A stretch of DNA of 18,136 nt, from positions 1-18,136 of the forward strand of contig JAQBGU010000194.1 of NCBI GenBank assembly GCA_032128375.1, given 5' to 3'. Position 1 is the first letter of the stretch. Each line of letters starts with the position of its first letter. The notes under the pieces are model-generated. The model searched no databases and was not told the origin of the DNA. It saw only the letters and a program-made list of their open reading frames with translations. This DNA is from Deltaproteobacteria bacterium (GTDB lineage: Bacteria > Myxococcota_A > UBA9160 > SMWR01). This document shows, in pieces, positions 1 to 9,098 of the stretch. Both the position numbers and the translations under genes were made by a program.

Positions 1-789
1 GGTCTCGATGTCGGCCTTTCGCAGCAGTTCGGCAAAATCGGTGTTGTCGCCGATTCCCGCCATTGGGAAATCCGCACGCTCGAGCCCATCGCTGACGCGA
101 TACTCGACGCGCAACTCGCGCCGGCCATGCTCCAGCTTGAGTGCGCGCGGCGCACCCACACAGCGCAGCTCGCCGTCCACGATGAACGCGACCCGGTCGC
201 ACAGCTGATCGGCGACCGTCATGTCGTGGGTGGTCAAGAAGACGGTCGCTCCCGCGTCGCGCACCGAGCGGATGATCTCTTTGATGTTCTGCGCATTGAC
301 CGGGTCGAGGCCCGCAGTCGGTTCGTCCAAGAACAACAGCTTGGGGCGGTTGATCAGCGCTCGGACGAAACCCAATCGCACCTTCATGCCCTTCGAGAAC
401 TGCGAAACCCGACGCGAACCTTCGCCCGCAAGCCCGACGCGCTCGAGCAGGGCTTCGGGCTGCTCATTGGGCCCGGCGAAGAGCCCTGCGAAATAACGCA
501 GGTTCTCGATCGCGCTGAGCTTCTGGTAGAGGTTGGGGAACTCGAACGAGACACCGACGTTTTCGTAGAAATCGGAATGCCAATCGCTCAGCTCGCGATC
601 GAGTACGGCTACGTGTCCGCGGTAGTCGCGCAGCAGGCCCGTCAGCACCTTCTGAGTCGTGCTCTTACCGGCCCCGCTAGGTCCCAGAAAACCGAAGATC
701 TCGCCGCGGGTCACCTCGAAATTCAAGCCCCTCACGGTCGGAGCCGCGCTGCCGGGGTAGCTGAACTCGAGTTCTCGAACGTGGATCAT
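1..789 (-). CDS. ABC transporter ATP-binding protein (ABC-2/drug-export type), 3' end truncated by the window edge
   Basis: Manual translation of the - strand from ATG at 789 gives MIHVRELEFSYPGSAAPTVRGLNFEVTRGEIFGFLGPSGAGKSTT (Walker A), FSKGMK (signature), LLFLDEPTAGLDP (Walker B/D-loop) and LTTHDM (H-loop). It is open to position 1. It is missing from the ORF track because no stop lies in the window. Confidence 0.93.
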   Translation of the reverse strand, partial: MIHVRELEFSYPGSAAPTVRGLNFEVTRGEIFGFLGPSGAGKSTTQKVLTGLLRDYRGHVAVLDRELSDWHSDFYENVGVSFEFPNLYQKLSAIENLRYFAGLFAGPNEQPEALLERVGLAGEGSRRVSQFSKGMKVRLGFVRALINRPKLLFLDEPTAGLDPVNAQNIKEIIRSVRDAGATVFLTTHDMTVADQLCDRVAFIVDGELRCVGAPRALKLEHGRRELRVEYRVSDGLERADFPMAGIGDNTDFAELLRKADIET

Positions 790-924
790 GGTCCCACCCG
801 ATGGGCGCCCGGCCCATACGATACTTCGCATCGAATCGTTCGGCCGCTGCGGATTCGGGCCCCGATATTTCGTATCTTCCATCCGGTCCCGGCAGCCGGG
901 CTATCCCGGCGGGCCAGGCCGAGG

Positions 925-1054
925 GGCTATGTCGCGGGGCTATTTCGCGGAACTCTGTCGCGGAACTATTTCGCGGAACTATGTCGCGGGGCTATTTCGC
1001 CGAACTATGTCGCCGAACTATGTCGCCGAACTCTTTCGCGGAACGATGTCGCGG
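925..1054. repeat. Tandem array of 10 x 13 bp, consensus RRCTMTKTCGCSG (e.g. aactatgtcgcgg)
   Basis: Units read directly at 925, 938, 951, 964, 977, 990, 1003, 1016, 1029 and 1042. A degenerate in-phase copy (ggctatcccggcg) sits at 899. Confidence 0.95.
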
Positions 1055-1081
1055 AAAACTGCTGCGTCATCGGAGGAAAAC

Positions 1082-1879
1082 GTGATCGAGCTCTATCACC
1101 ATCTCATTTCGACCTGCTCCCAAAAGGTGCGCCTGGTGCTCGCGGAGAAGGGCCTTGAATTCGAGTCCCACGAAGTCGACCTGGTGGCCGGCGAGCAGCA
1201 TGACCCCGAATACGTGAAGCTCAACCCGAACCATGTAGTTCCAACACTGATCGACGACGGCCGAATCCTGATCGAGTCGACGCTGATCAACGAATACCTC
1301 GACGACGCCTATCCGACGCTGGCTGCACGCCCAGCGCAGGCGATCGACCGCCACGCGATGCGAATGTGGACCAAGCGCATCGACGACAAGGTGCACCCGT
1401 ATGCCGGCGTCGTGACCTACGCGATCGGAGCCCGGCCGATGGTCTTGCAACGCACACCGGAGCAGATCGAAGAGTCCATCGCAGCGATTCCGGACTCGAC
1501 GCGCCGCGCCGCGCGCCGCAGCGTGATCGACCACGGCGTGAAATCGCCGGAATTTGCGCCCGCCATCGCAGCCTTCGTCGCGCTACTCGACGATATGGAA
1601 TCGGCGCTCGAAACCTCGGACTGGCTCGCTGGCGATTCGATCTCGTTGGCGGACTGCGCGGTACTGCCATACGTGATCCGGCTGGATCATCTGGCGATGA
1701 CCCCGCTGCTGGCAGCCAGTGCGCGGCCGCGCGTCGCGGATTGGTACGCGAGGATCAGGCAGCGCCCCTCGTACGCAACTGCGGTCACGGACTGGGCGCC
1801 GGAGGCGCTGGTTTCGGTCTTCCAGAGTAACGGGGCAGAAGTCTGGGCCGATGTCGAACCGCTGACTCGGCCCAGCTGA
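1082..1879 (+). CDS. Glutathione S-transferase family protein (GDAP1/PcpC-like), about 265 aa
   Basis: GGAGG RBS at 1072-1076 precedes GTG at 1082. GST N-domain: IELYHHLISTCSQKVRLVLAEKGL...LNPNHVVPTL...ESTLINEYLDD. C-domain: WLAGDSISLAD. The upstream in-frame extension from 788 is repeat-derived. Confidence 0.9.
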   Translation: MIELYHHLISTCSQKVRLVLAEKGLEFESHEVDLVAGEQHDPEYVKLNPNHVVPTLIDDGRILIESTLINEYLDDAYPTLAARPAQAIDRHAMRMWTKRIDDKVHPYAGVVTYAIGARPMVLQRTPEQIEESIAAIPDSTRRAARRSVIDHGVKSPEFAPAIAAFVALLDDMESALETSDWLAGDSISLADCAVLPYVIRLDHLAMTPLLAASARPRVADWYARIRQRPSYATAVTDWAPEALVSVFQSNGAEVWADVEPLTRPS

Positions 1880-1930
1880 CCGCTTCTGATCTTCCGCTTC
1901 CGATCTTCAGGTTCCGATCTTCAGGTTCCG
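1880..1930. repeat. About 3.6 x 14 bp tandem repeat at the GST/purC convergent junction
   Basis: ccgcttctgatctt (1880), ccgcttccgatctt (1894), caggttccgatctt (1908) and caggttccg (1922). The array overlaps the purC stop codon. Confidence 0.8.
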
Positions 1931-2854
1931 GCGGATCCGCTCGACCGGTGGCTCGCTGTTCGGCTCGAACGCCAGGCCAGTGAGCTGTTCGTAGGTTTCG
2001 ATGTAGCGGCGGGTGGCTTCGCACCGCACGTCGACCGGGATTTCGGGGATGGGTCCATCGCCGCGGAAACCCTGCTCACCGAGCCACAGGCGCAGATACT
2101 CTTTGTCGAGCTGCACGGGGTTCGCGCCCGCGCTGAGGGCGCGCTGATAGCCGTCCGCATACCAGTAACGGGACGAATCCGGGGTGTGGATCTCGTCGAC
2201 CACGGTGAGGTTTGCGTCGCTGTCGAGCCCCATCTCGTACTTCGTATCGACCAGAATCAGCCCGCGTGTCTCGGCCCAGCGACGGCCCTCTGCGAACAGC
2301 GCTGCTCCGACGGCCGCTGCTTCGTCGTAACGCGCCTCGCTGATTGCGCCGGTCGCGATCAGTTCTTCGCGCGACGTCAGCTCGTCATGCTCGCCCATCG
2401 GGGCCTTGGTGGTCGGCGTCAGTAGCGGCACCGAGAGTGCTTCGTGTCGGCGCATGCCGTCGGGCAGCTTGTGGCCGCAGTAGAGGCGATCTCCGCGCTC
2501 GTATGCGGTCCAGATCGAAGTCGAACTCGAGCCCGTCAGATGGGCGCGGAATACGAACTCGACCGGCAACAGCTCACATTGCCCCACCACGGAAACACAG
2601 GGATCGGGGACGCCCAGCAGGTGGTTTCGCGCGACGTCGCGGGTGCGCTCGAACCAGAAGGCAGCCAGCTGGTTCAAGATCTGGCCCTTGTAGGGCATGG
2701 TTCCGACGATCCGATCGAAGCAGCTGACCCGGTCGGTCGCGATTATGAAACGCCGTTCGCCAGCGACGTAGCTGTCTCGGACCTTGCCGGCCTCGCGTCG
2801 GCCGAGCTCCCGAAAGTCGGTTTCATCGAGCGTCAGCGCGCACTGTTGTCTCAA
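1907..2854 (-). CDS. purC: Phosphoribosylaminoimidazole-succinocarboxamide (SAICAR) synthase, long (~315 aa) type; start uncertain
   Basis: Motifs GKVRDSY, IATDRVSCFD, KGQILNQL, TPTTKA, LILVDTKYEMG, DEIHTPDSSRYW and LDKEYLR. The first in-frame canonical start is TTG at 2854. Confidence 0.95.
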   Translation of the reverse strand: MRQQCALTLDETDFRELGRREAGKVRDSYVAGERRFIIATDRVSCFDRIVGTMPYKGQILNQLAAFWFERTRDVARNHLLGVPDPCVSVVGQCELLPVEFVFRAHLTGSSSTSIWTAYERGDRLYCGHKLPDGMRRHEALSVPLLTPTTKAPMGEHDELTSREELIATGAISEARYDEAAAVGAALFAEGRRWAETRGLILVDTKYEMGLDSDANLTVVDEIHTPDSSRYWYADGYQRALSAGANPVQLDKEYLRLWLGEQGFRGDGPIPEIPVDVRCEATRRYIETYEQLTGLAFEPNSEPPVERIRRNLKIGT

Positions 2855-3057
2855 GTCGGAAATGTCGATGCCCGTTTTCCCATCCCCCTTGTTGTGCTCC
2901 GTGTTCCTCAGGGCGACATGGCCTATTGGATCGTCCGCGAAGCGAAGTCCTCCGTGATATACCGTCTCGCTTGGGGTTGGGGCAAGCGGTTGTTGGCGCT
3001 CTTTGCGATGCCGTCCGCAATAACTTGTCCGTCTGCACTAAGCTGGCCGTGCGCGTG

Positions 3058-3086
3058 TTGTTCCGGTGGGCACCCATCGGTAGAAT
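3058..3086 (+). promoter_or_regulatory. Candidate sigma70 promoter for purQ-purL-purF
   Basis: TTGTTC (3058-3063), a 17 bp spacer, then TAGAAT (3081-3086), 70 bp upstream of the purQ start. Confidence 0.55.
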
Positions 3087-3156
3087 GGTGGCTCACCACC
3101 GCCACCCTCGCCGCCGTGCGAAATGAACGAGACCGTCTTCCGCACCCGAGGTTCCA

Positions 3157-3891
3157 TTGTTCGCAGTGGTCCAGTTTCCGGGGTCAAACGACGACCGCGA
3201 CATGCGGTTTGCGATCAATGGCGTGCTGAAAACGCCGGCACAGCTCGTCTGGCACAAGGACACGGAGCTGCCGCCCCAGACCCGCGCGGTGGTTCTGCCC
3301 GGCGGATTCTCGTACGGCGACTATCTGCGCTGCGGCGCGATGGCCAAGTATTCGCCGGTGATGGCGGCGGTAAAACGCTTCGCGGACGCCGGCGGTCCGG
3401 TTCTGGGCGTCTGTAACGGTTTCCAGGTGTTGTGCGAATCGGGCCTGTTGCCCGGCGTGCTGCAGCGCAACCATGACCTGCACTTCATCTGCGACTTCGT
3501 GACGCTGCGCGTCGAGCACGCGGAGGCACCGTTTTTCTCGCGCGCTCGGCCGGGCCAGCTGCTGCGCGTGCCGATCAAGAACGGCGAGGGCGCCTACTTC
3601 GTGCAACCCGACGAACTCGAGCAGCTCGAGGCGCGCGGACAGATTCTGGTGCGCTATTGCGACGCCAACGGCGACGCGACCGAAGTCGCGAATCCGAGCG
3701 GCTCGATTGCCGGAATCGCCGGTGTTCGCAACCGTGCGGGCAACGTATTCGGGTTGATGCCGCACCCCGAGCATGCGGTCGAGCCGGCGATCGGTGGCAC
3801 CGATGGCGCGGTCCTGCTCGGTTCGATGATCGACGCGACGCTCGCGCGCGAGAGGCGCGGCGATGAGCGGGACAGACCGACACCTTCGTGA
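3157..3891 (+). CDS. purQ: Phosphoribosylformylglycinamidine synthase glutaminase subunit PurQ
   Basis: [32 protein letters not shown] (catalytic Cys) and GLMPHPE (His-Glu). TTG start with GAGG at 3148-3151. Confidence 0.95.
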   Translation: MFAVVQFPGSNDDRDMRFAINGVLKTPAQLVWHKDTELPPQTRAVVLPGGFSYGDYLRCGAMAKYSPVMAAVKRFADAGGPVLGVCNGFQVLCESGLLPGVLQRNHDLHFICDFVTLRVEHAEAPFFSRARPGQLLRVPIKNGEGAYFVQPDELEQLEARGQILVRYCDANGDATEVANPSGSIAGIAGVRNRAGNVFGLMPHPEHAVEPAIGGTDGAVLLGSMIDATLARERRGDERDRPTPS

Positions 3892-6127
3892 TGAGCCGGA
3901 CGTCGACCTCGGGTTGGCACGGGAGCACGGCCTCAGCGACGACGAGTACCAGCGCATCGTCGAGATCCTCGGGCGTACACCCAGCTATTCAGAACTCGGG
4001 ATCTTCTCGGTGATGTGGTCCGAGCACTGCTCGTACAAATCGAGCAAGAAATACCTCAAGGAGCTACCGACACGCGGAGAACAGGTGCTCCACGGCCCCG
4101 GAGAGAACGCGGGCGTCGTCGCGTTGGGTGACGGTCTGGCAGCGGTCTTCAAGATCGAGAGCCACAACCACCCCTCCTTCATCGCCCCGAAGCAGGGCGC
4201 CGCGACCGGCGTGGGCGGAATCTTGCGAGATGTGTTCACGATGGGCGCCAGGCCGATCGCGTCACTGAACTCGCTGCGCTTCGGCGAACTCGAAGACCCC
4301 AAGCACCGCTATCTGCTGCACGGCGTCGTCGAGGGCATCGGCAGCTACGGCAATGCCGTGGGTGTCGCGACCGTCGGTGGCGAAACAACCTTTCACAAGT
4401 GTTACCAGGGAAACATTCTGGTCAACGCTTTCAGCCTGGGTCTGGTCGAGACCGAAAAAATTTTTCTCGCCTGCGCGCCGGGTATCGGCAACCCCGTGAT
4501 CTACGCCGGGAGCAAGACCGGGCGCGATGGAATTCACGGCGCGAGCCTGTTGGCTTCGGCCGAATTCGACGACGAGGCAGCAGCGAAGATGCCGACCGTG
4601 CAGGTCGGTGATCCATTCACCGAGAAGTGTTTGATCGAGGCCTGCCTGGAGTTGATGAGTAGCGATGCGATTCTGGGCATCCAGGACATGGGTGCGGCGG
4701 GCTTGACCTGCTCCTCGTTCGAAATGGCCAGTGCTGCCGGCACCGGAATCGAACTGGAGCTCGACAGCGTCCCGCAACGAGAAGCCGGCATGACCGCCTA
4801 TGAGCTGCTGTTGTCGGAGAGCCAGGAGCGGATGCTGATGGTTGCGAAGGTCGGGCGCGAGCAGGAAGTGATCGAGATCTTCGAGCGCTGGGATCTCGAC
4901 GCCGCCGTGGTCGGGCGCGTCACGGACGATGGGCGGATGCGAATCCGCTCGCAGGGGCGCGTGGTCGTCGATATTCCGGTCGATCCGGTTGCGAAGAGTT
5001 CGCCCGAACTCGATCGGCCGAAGCGCGAACCGGCCGATCTTCACGAGCGGCAGAAACTCGATCTCGCATCGGTAGCGCCCGAGGCGGACTATGGCGGAGC
5101 GCTACTCGCGCTGCTCGATTCGCCGAGCCTCGGGTCCAAGGAATGGATCTACCGGCAGTACGACCAGCTCGTCCAGGGTGACACCGTGCTGAGCTCGGGT
5201 GGCGACGCTGCGTTGATCCGAATTCGCCGGGAAGACGACACGGTCACCGGCAAGGGGCTCGCGATCGCGGTCGATTGCAATCCGCGCCACTGCTGGTTGG
5301 ACCCGTACACGGGGACGATCGGCGCGGTCGCCGAGGCCGCGCGCAATGTCGCCTGCACGGGGGCCAGGCCGTTGGCACTGACGAATTGCCTGAACTTCGG
5401 AAACCCGGAGAAACCGGAGATCATGTGGGAATTTGCCGAAGCGACCCGCGGTATTGGCGCTGCCGCGCAAGCGCTCGGAACGCCGGTCGTATCGGGCAAT
5501 GTTTCGTTCTACAACGAGACATCCGGGCGCGCGATTTTCCCGACCCCCACGATCGCGGTCGTCGGATTGCTCGATCGCTGGGAGCGTCACGCGGTTTCGC
5601 ACTTCGATGCGCCCGGTCGCGCGGTCGTTTTGCTCGGCAAGAATCGCGAAGAGCTCGGTGGAAGTGAATGGTTGGCGTTGCGACGCGGCATCGAAGCCGG
5701 CCTGCCGCCCGCTGTCGACCTGGCCGCCGAAAGGCGGCTCCACACGCTACTTGCGGCTGGCATCGAAGCCGGGCAGATCGCAACCGCGCACGATGTGTCG
5801 AACGGTGGTTTGGCGGTCGCTCTGGCGGAGTGCACGTTTACAGGCCAAGCGCCGATCGGCGCGGTCATCGAGTTGAGTGATACAATCCGTCCCGACGCGC
5901 TCCTGTACGGGGAAGCGACGGGTCGCGTGATCGTGACGACGCGCGACGCGACTGCACTGCTTTCGCTGGCGAAAAGTGCTGGGGTGCCAGCGCAGACAAT
6001 CGGTGAGACGGGAGGAGATCGTTTGGTCGTGTCGGCTCGGGGCGGTGAGGCCGGGTTCGAGCTGCCAATCGCCCAGCTGTGCGCCGTCTGGCGGGACGCG
6101 ATTCCGCGGCGCTTGGAGCCCACGTGA
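3863..6127 (+). CDS. purL: Phosphoribosylformylglycinamidine synthase subunit PurL (small type, 754 aa)
   Basis: [72 protein letters not shown] and [11 protein letters not shown]. Confidence 0.98.
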   Translation: MSGTDRHLRDEPDVDLGLAREHGLSDDEYQRIVEILGRTPSYSELGIFSVMWSEHCSYKSSKKYLKELPTRGEQVLHGPGENAGVVALGDGLAAVFKIESHNHPSFIAPKQGAATGVGGILRDVFTMGARPIASLNSLRFGELEDPKHRYLLHGVVEGIGSYGNAVGVATVGGETTFHKCYQGNILVNAFSLGLVETEKIFLACAPGIGNPVIYAGSKTGRDGIHGASLLASAEFDDEAAAKMPTVQVGDPFTEKCLIEACLELMSSDAILGIQDMGAAGLTCSSFEMASAAGTGIELELDSVPQREAGMTAYELLLSESQERMLMVAKVGREQEVIEIFERWDLDAAVVGRVTDDGRMRIRSQGRVVVDIPVDPVAKSSPELDRPKREPADLHERQKLDLASVAPEADYGGALLALLDSPSLGSKEWIYRQYDQLVQGDTVLSSGGDAALIRIRREDDTVTGKGLAIAVDCNPRHCWLDPYTGTIGAVAEAARNVACTGARPLALTNCLNFGNPEKPEIMWEFAEATRGIGAAAQALGTPVVSGNVSFYNETSGRAIFPTPTIAVVGLLDRWERHAVSHFDAPGRAVVLLGKNREELGGSEWLALRRGIEAGLPPAVDLAAERRLHTLLAAGIEAGQIATAHDVSNGGLAVALAECTFTGQAPIGAVIELSDTIRPDALLYGEATGRVIVTTRDATALLSLAKSAGVPAQTIGETGGDRLVVSARGGEAGFELPIAQLCAVWRDAIPRRLEPT

Positions 6128-7599
6128 GCCGATTGCTCGACATCGATCCCAACCTCGAGCGCGAACTGCTGCGCGAGCACCAGCAAGATCACTTTCAGGA
6201 TGAATGCGGCGTCGTCGGCGTCGCGGGGCACCCCGAGGCCGCAAACATCGCGTACCTCGCACTGTATGCGCTGCAACACCGTGGCCAGGAAAGTGCGGGC
6301 ATCGCAACCATGGAATCGGGTGATCACCGCGTGCACCGTGCGATGGGGTTGGTGGCCGACGTCTTCAATGAAGCGAGTCTGGCGAAACTGCCCGGACGCA
6401 GCGCCGTGGGCCACGTTCGCTACTCGACCGCTGGCGGCAGCCAGCTGCGCAACGCGCAGCCGTTCTGTGCGACCACCGATGGTGGTCCGGTTGCGATCGC
6501 ACACAACGGCAACCTCACCAACGCGCTGGTGATTCGGCGCGAACTCGAGGGACGCGGCGCGATCTTCAGTACCACGGCCGATAGCGAAGTGATCGTTCAG
6601 CTGTTGGCGCGCTCCCGCGAGCGGACCCAGGAAGAGCGGCTGATCGATGCGCTCACGCGCGTGAAGGGCGCTTTCAGCATCGTGTTGATGACCGGCGATT
6701 CGCTGATCGCCGCGCGCGACCCGCATGGCTTCCGACCGCTGAGCCTTGGACGGATCGATCGCTCCTGGGTGGTGACCAGCGAAACCTGCGCGCTCGACCT
6801 GATCGGGGCCGAACACGAGCGAGACCTCGCGCCCGGTGAGGTGGTGGTGATCAAGCGCGGCAGAGTCCGCACACTGCGCCCGTTCTACAAGCAGAAAGAC
6901 GAGCACTTCTGTGTTTTCGAGTACATGTATTTCGCGAGACCCGATTCGAATTTGAACGGCCACAACGTCTACACCTATCGCAAGGAACTCGGCCGGATTC
7001 TGGCGCGCGAGCACCCGGTCCACGCAGATCTGGTCGTGCCGGTGCTCGACTCGGGCAATACCTCCGCACTGGGCTACGCGGAGGAATCCGGCATCCCCTA
7101 CGAGCAGGCGATGATTCGCAATCACTACGTTCGCCGCACCTTCATCGAGCCCGCGCAATCGATTCGACACTTTGGTGTGAAGGTCAAGCACAACGCAGTG
7201 AAGGGTCTGTTGAACGGGAAACGCGTCGTGTTGGTCGACGATTCGATCATGCGCGGCACCACGCTGATCAAGCTCGTGACGATGCTGCGCAGCGCAGGTG
7301 CTTCGGAAGTTCACTTGCGAATCTCGGCTCCGGCAACGATCGGCCCGTGTCACTATGGAATCGATACTCCCACGCGCGAAGAACTGATCGCACACGGAAA
7401 AACGACCGAAGAGATCTGCCAGATCATCGGTGCTGATTCGCTTGGGTACCTGTCGCTCGCAGGTCTGCGCAAGAGCACAGAAGTGCTGAAGGGCGGCTTC
7501 TGCGACGCCTGTTTTTCGGACGAGTATCCAATTCCGATCGAAACGGATGACCAGCCGCCGCAACTCTCGCTGTTTCGGGATGTCGACGAGGAACCGTAG
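6124..7599 (+). CDS. purF: Amidophosphoribosyltransferase (propeptide-bearing, [4Fe-4S] type)
   Basis: GTG at 6124 overlaps the purL stop (GTGA). Motifs: DE|CGVVG Ntn cysteine, [37 protein letters not shown] (PRPP loop). Four cluster cysteines in FCVFE, PCHYG and FCDAC. Confidence 0.97.
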   Translation: MSRLLDIDPNLERELLREHQQDHFQDECGVVGVAGHPEAANIAYLALYALQHRGQESAGIATMESGDHRVHRAMGLVADVFNEASLAKLPGRSAVGHVRYSTAGGSQLRNAQPFCATTDGGPVAIAHNGNLTNALVIRRELEGRGAIFSTTADSEVIVQLLARSRERTQEERLIDALTRVKGAFSIVLMTGDSLIAARDPHGFRPLSLGRIDRSWVVTSETCALDLIGAEHERDLAPGEVVVIKRGRVRTLRPFYKQKDEHFCVFEYMYFARPDSNLNGHNVYTYRKELGRILAREHPVHADLVVPVLDSGNTSALGYAEESGIPYEQAMIRNHYVRRTFIEPAQSIRHFGVKVKHNAVKGLLNGKRVVLVDDSIMRGTTLIKLVTMLRSAGASEVHLRISAPATIGPCHYGIDTPTREELIAHGKTTEEICQIIGADSLGYLSLAGLRKSTEVLKGGFCDACFSDEYPIPIETDDQPPQLSLFRDVDEEP

Positions 7600-7602
7600 C
7601 CA

Positions 7603-8994
7603 ATGACCCGGGCAGTACGCGGAATGATCGAACGCCAGGATCTGATCGAGCGGGTCGAGCGCGACGAGATCGAAACGATCGTAACTGCAATGCCCGACCT
7701 CTATGGCCGTCTGGTCGGCAAGCGCATTCACGGCTCGTTCTTCGTCGACGAAGTGCTCGATGGCGGCATTCACGTCTGCAACTACCTGCTGGCCTGCGAC
7801 ATGGAGATGGATCCCACTCCCGGCTACGACTACACGAGTTGGGAGAAAGGCTACGGCGACCTGCACGGGGTTCCCGACCTCGACACGCTGCGCGTCGCGT
7901 CCTGGTTGGACCGCAGCGCGATCGTGTTGTGCGACGCCGTCGTAGAGGGTGGCGACGCGCTGGTCGAAGTGGCGCCGCGCACGATCTTGCGCCGGCAGAT
8001 CGAGCGGGCCGCTTCCATGGGTCTGGCACCGCTGATGGCGAGCGAACTCGAGTTCTTTCTGTTTCACGACGATTACGCGACCGCGCACGCAAAGGGCTAC
8101 CGCGATCTCGAGCGGAGCCAGCACTACGTCGAGGACTACCACGTGCTGTCGTCGACGTTCGCCGAGCCCGTGATCGGAGAGATTCGCAGGCAGATCGACG
8201 CGTCGGGTATTCCGGTCGAGTTCAGTAAAGGCGAGTGGGGACCGGGCCAACACGAAATCAACTTGCGCTACGGCGGTGCGCTCGAGATGGCGGATCGCCA
8301 CGTCATCTACAAACTGGCCGCGAAGGAAATCGCCGCCGCCGCGGGCTGGTCGCTGACGTTCATGGCCAAAGTCGACGAGGCGCTGGCGGGAAGCAGTTGC
8401 CATGTACACATGAGTCTGCTGGACGCCAACGGAGAGCCCGCTTTTCCCGGAGGCGAACGGATCGCTGGAGTTCCCGCGCCGGTTTCGAAAACCTTTCGCT
8501 GGTTCCTGGCTGGGCTGCTTCGCTACGCGCGCGAGCTGACCTGCCTGTTCGCACCCAACGTCAACTCCTACAAGCGCTTCCGACCCGGTACGTTCGCGCC
8601 GACGGCAGTTGCCTGGAGCTACGACAACCGCACGACGGGCTTTCGCGTGGTCGGTCATGGAGCCTCGGTTCGCATCGAATCTCGCATGCCGGGCGCAGAT
8701 GTGAACCCGTACCTCACCTACGCTGCCATGCTCGCCGCGGGCCTCGAAGGCATCGAACAGCAGCTCGAGCCGGAAGCGATGTTCGAAGGCGACGCCTATG
8801 GTGCGGAAAAACTCGCGCAACTTCCCACGAACCTGCGCGATGCGATTGCCGCCTTCGCTCAAAGCGACTTCGCTCGAAAGGCATTTGGCGACCAGGTGGT
8901 CGAGCATATCTTGCACTTCGCCCGCACGGAGCAGAGCGTATTCGATGCGCTGGTCACCGATGCCGAGCGCGAGCGGTACTTCGAGCGGATTTGA
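7603..8994 (+). CDS. Glutamine synthetase family protein, GlnA4/PuuA-like gamma-glutamyl-amine ligase
   Basis: DLYGRLVGKR, SWEKGYGD, ASELEFFLF, EWGPGQHEIN, GSSCHVHMSL, APNVNSYKRF, DNRT and RIESRMPGADVNPY. The flap reads PGTFAP instead of the GS-I PGYEAP. An alternative start is ATG 7624. Confidence 0.9.
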   Translation: MTRAVRGMIERQDLIERVERDEIETIVTAMPDLYGRLVGKRIHGSFFVDEVLDGGIHVCNYLLACDMEMDPTPGYDYTSWEKGYGDLHGVPDLDTLRVASWLDRSAIVLCDAVVEGGDALVEVAPRTILRRQIERAASMGLAPLMASELEFFLFHDDYATAHAKGYRDLERSQHYVEDYHVLSSTFAEPVIGEIRRQIDASGIPVEFSKGEWGPGQHEINLRYGGALEMADRHVIYKLAAKEIAAAAGWSLTFMAKVDEALAGSSCHVHMSLLDANGEPAFPGGERIAGVPAPVSKTFRWFLAGLLRYARELTCLFAPNVNSYKRFRPGTFAPTAVAWSYDNRTTGFRVVGHGASVRIESRMPGADVNPYLTYAAMLAAGLEGIEQQLEPEAMFEGDAYGAEKLAQLPTNLRDAIAAFAQSDFARKAFGDQVVEHILHFARTEQSVFDALVTDAERERYFERI

Positions 8995-9098
8995 ATCGGT
9001 TCCCAGCGAGCGCCCTGTGTGGCGATCGCGTGTTGAGCTGCGGCTCGAATCTGCCGATGTCGATTAGGCAGTCCACCTCCAGACGGCTCGAGGGCGAT

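Noticed and set aside
925..1054. CRISPR array or iteron interpretation of the tandem repeats (also 14788-14881)
   Set aside because: The units are contiguous 13-14-mers without unique spacers, and there are no cas or rep genes in the window.
788..1081. 98 aa N-terminal extension of the GST with apparent peptide repeats
   Set aside because: It is the translation of a 13 bp non-triplet repeat. A strong RBS and GTG at 1082 coincide with the start of the GST fold.
127..1158. 343 aa + strand ORF
   Set aside because: It is the antisense shadow of the - strand ABC ATPase, running on through the repeat array, and has no recognisable motifs.
2884..3156. ZTP, PRPP or purine riboswitch, or a purS gene, in the purC/purQ spacer
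   Set aside because: Only small hairpins are present (e.g. ggtgg-ctca-ccacc region). The conserved riboswitch motifs were not found by eye, and the short ORFs here do not resemble PurS. An Rfam scan would be definitive.
5587..8916. 1109 aa - strand ORF
   Set aside because: It lies antisense to purL/purF/glnA-like genes. Long stop-free antisense frames are expected from GC-rich codon bias, and it has no domain motifs.
8235..9056. N-terminal ~270 aa of the 694 aa ORF, suggesting a GS-PilZ overlap or fusion
   Set aside because: It is an Arg-rich alternative frame overlapping the GS-like gene, which has its own normal C-terminus (ERYFERI) and stop. Protein-like sequence begins only at 9057/9099.
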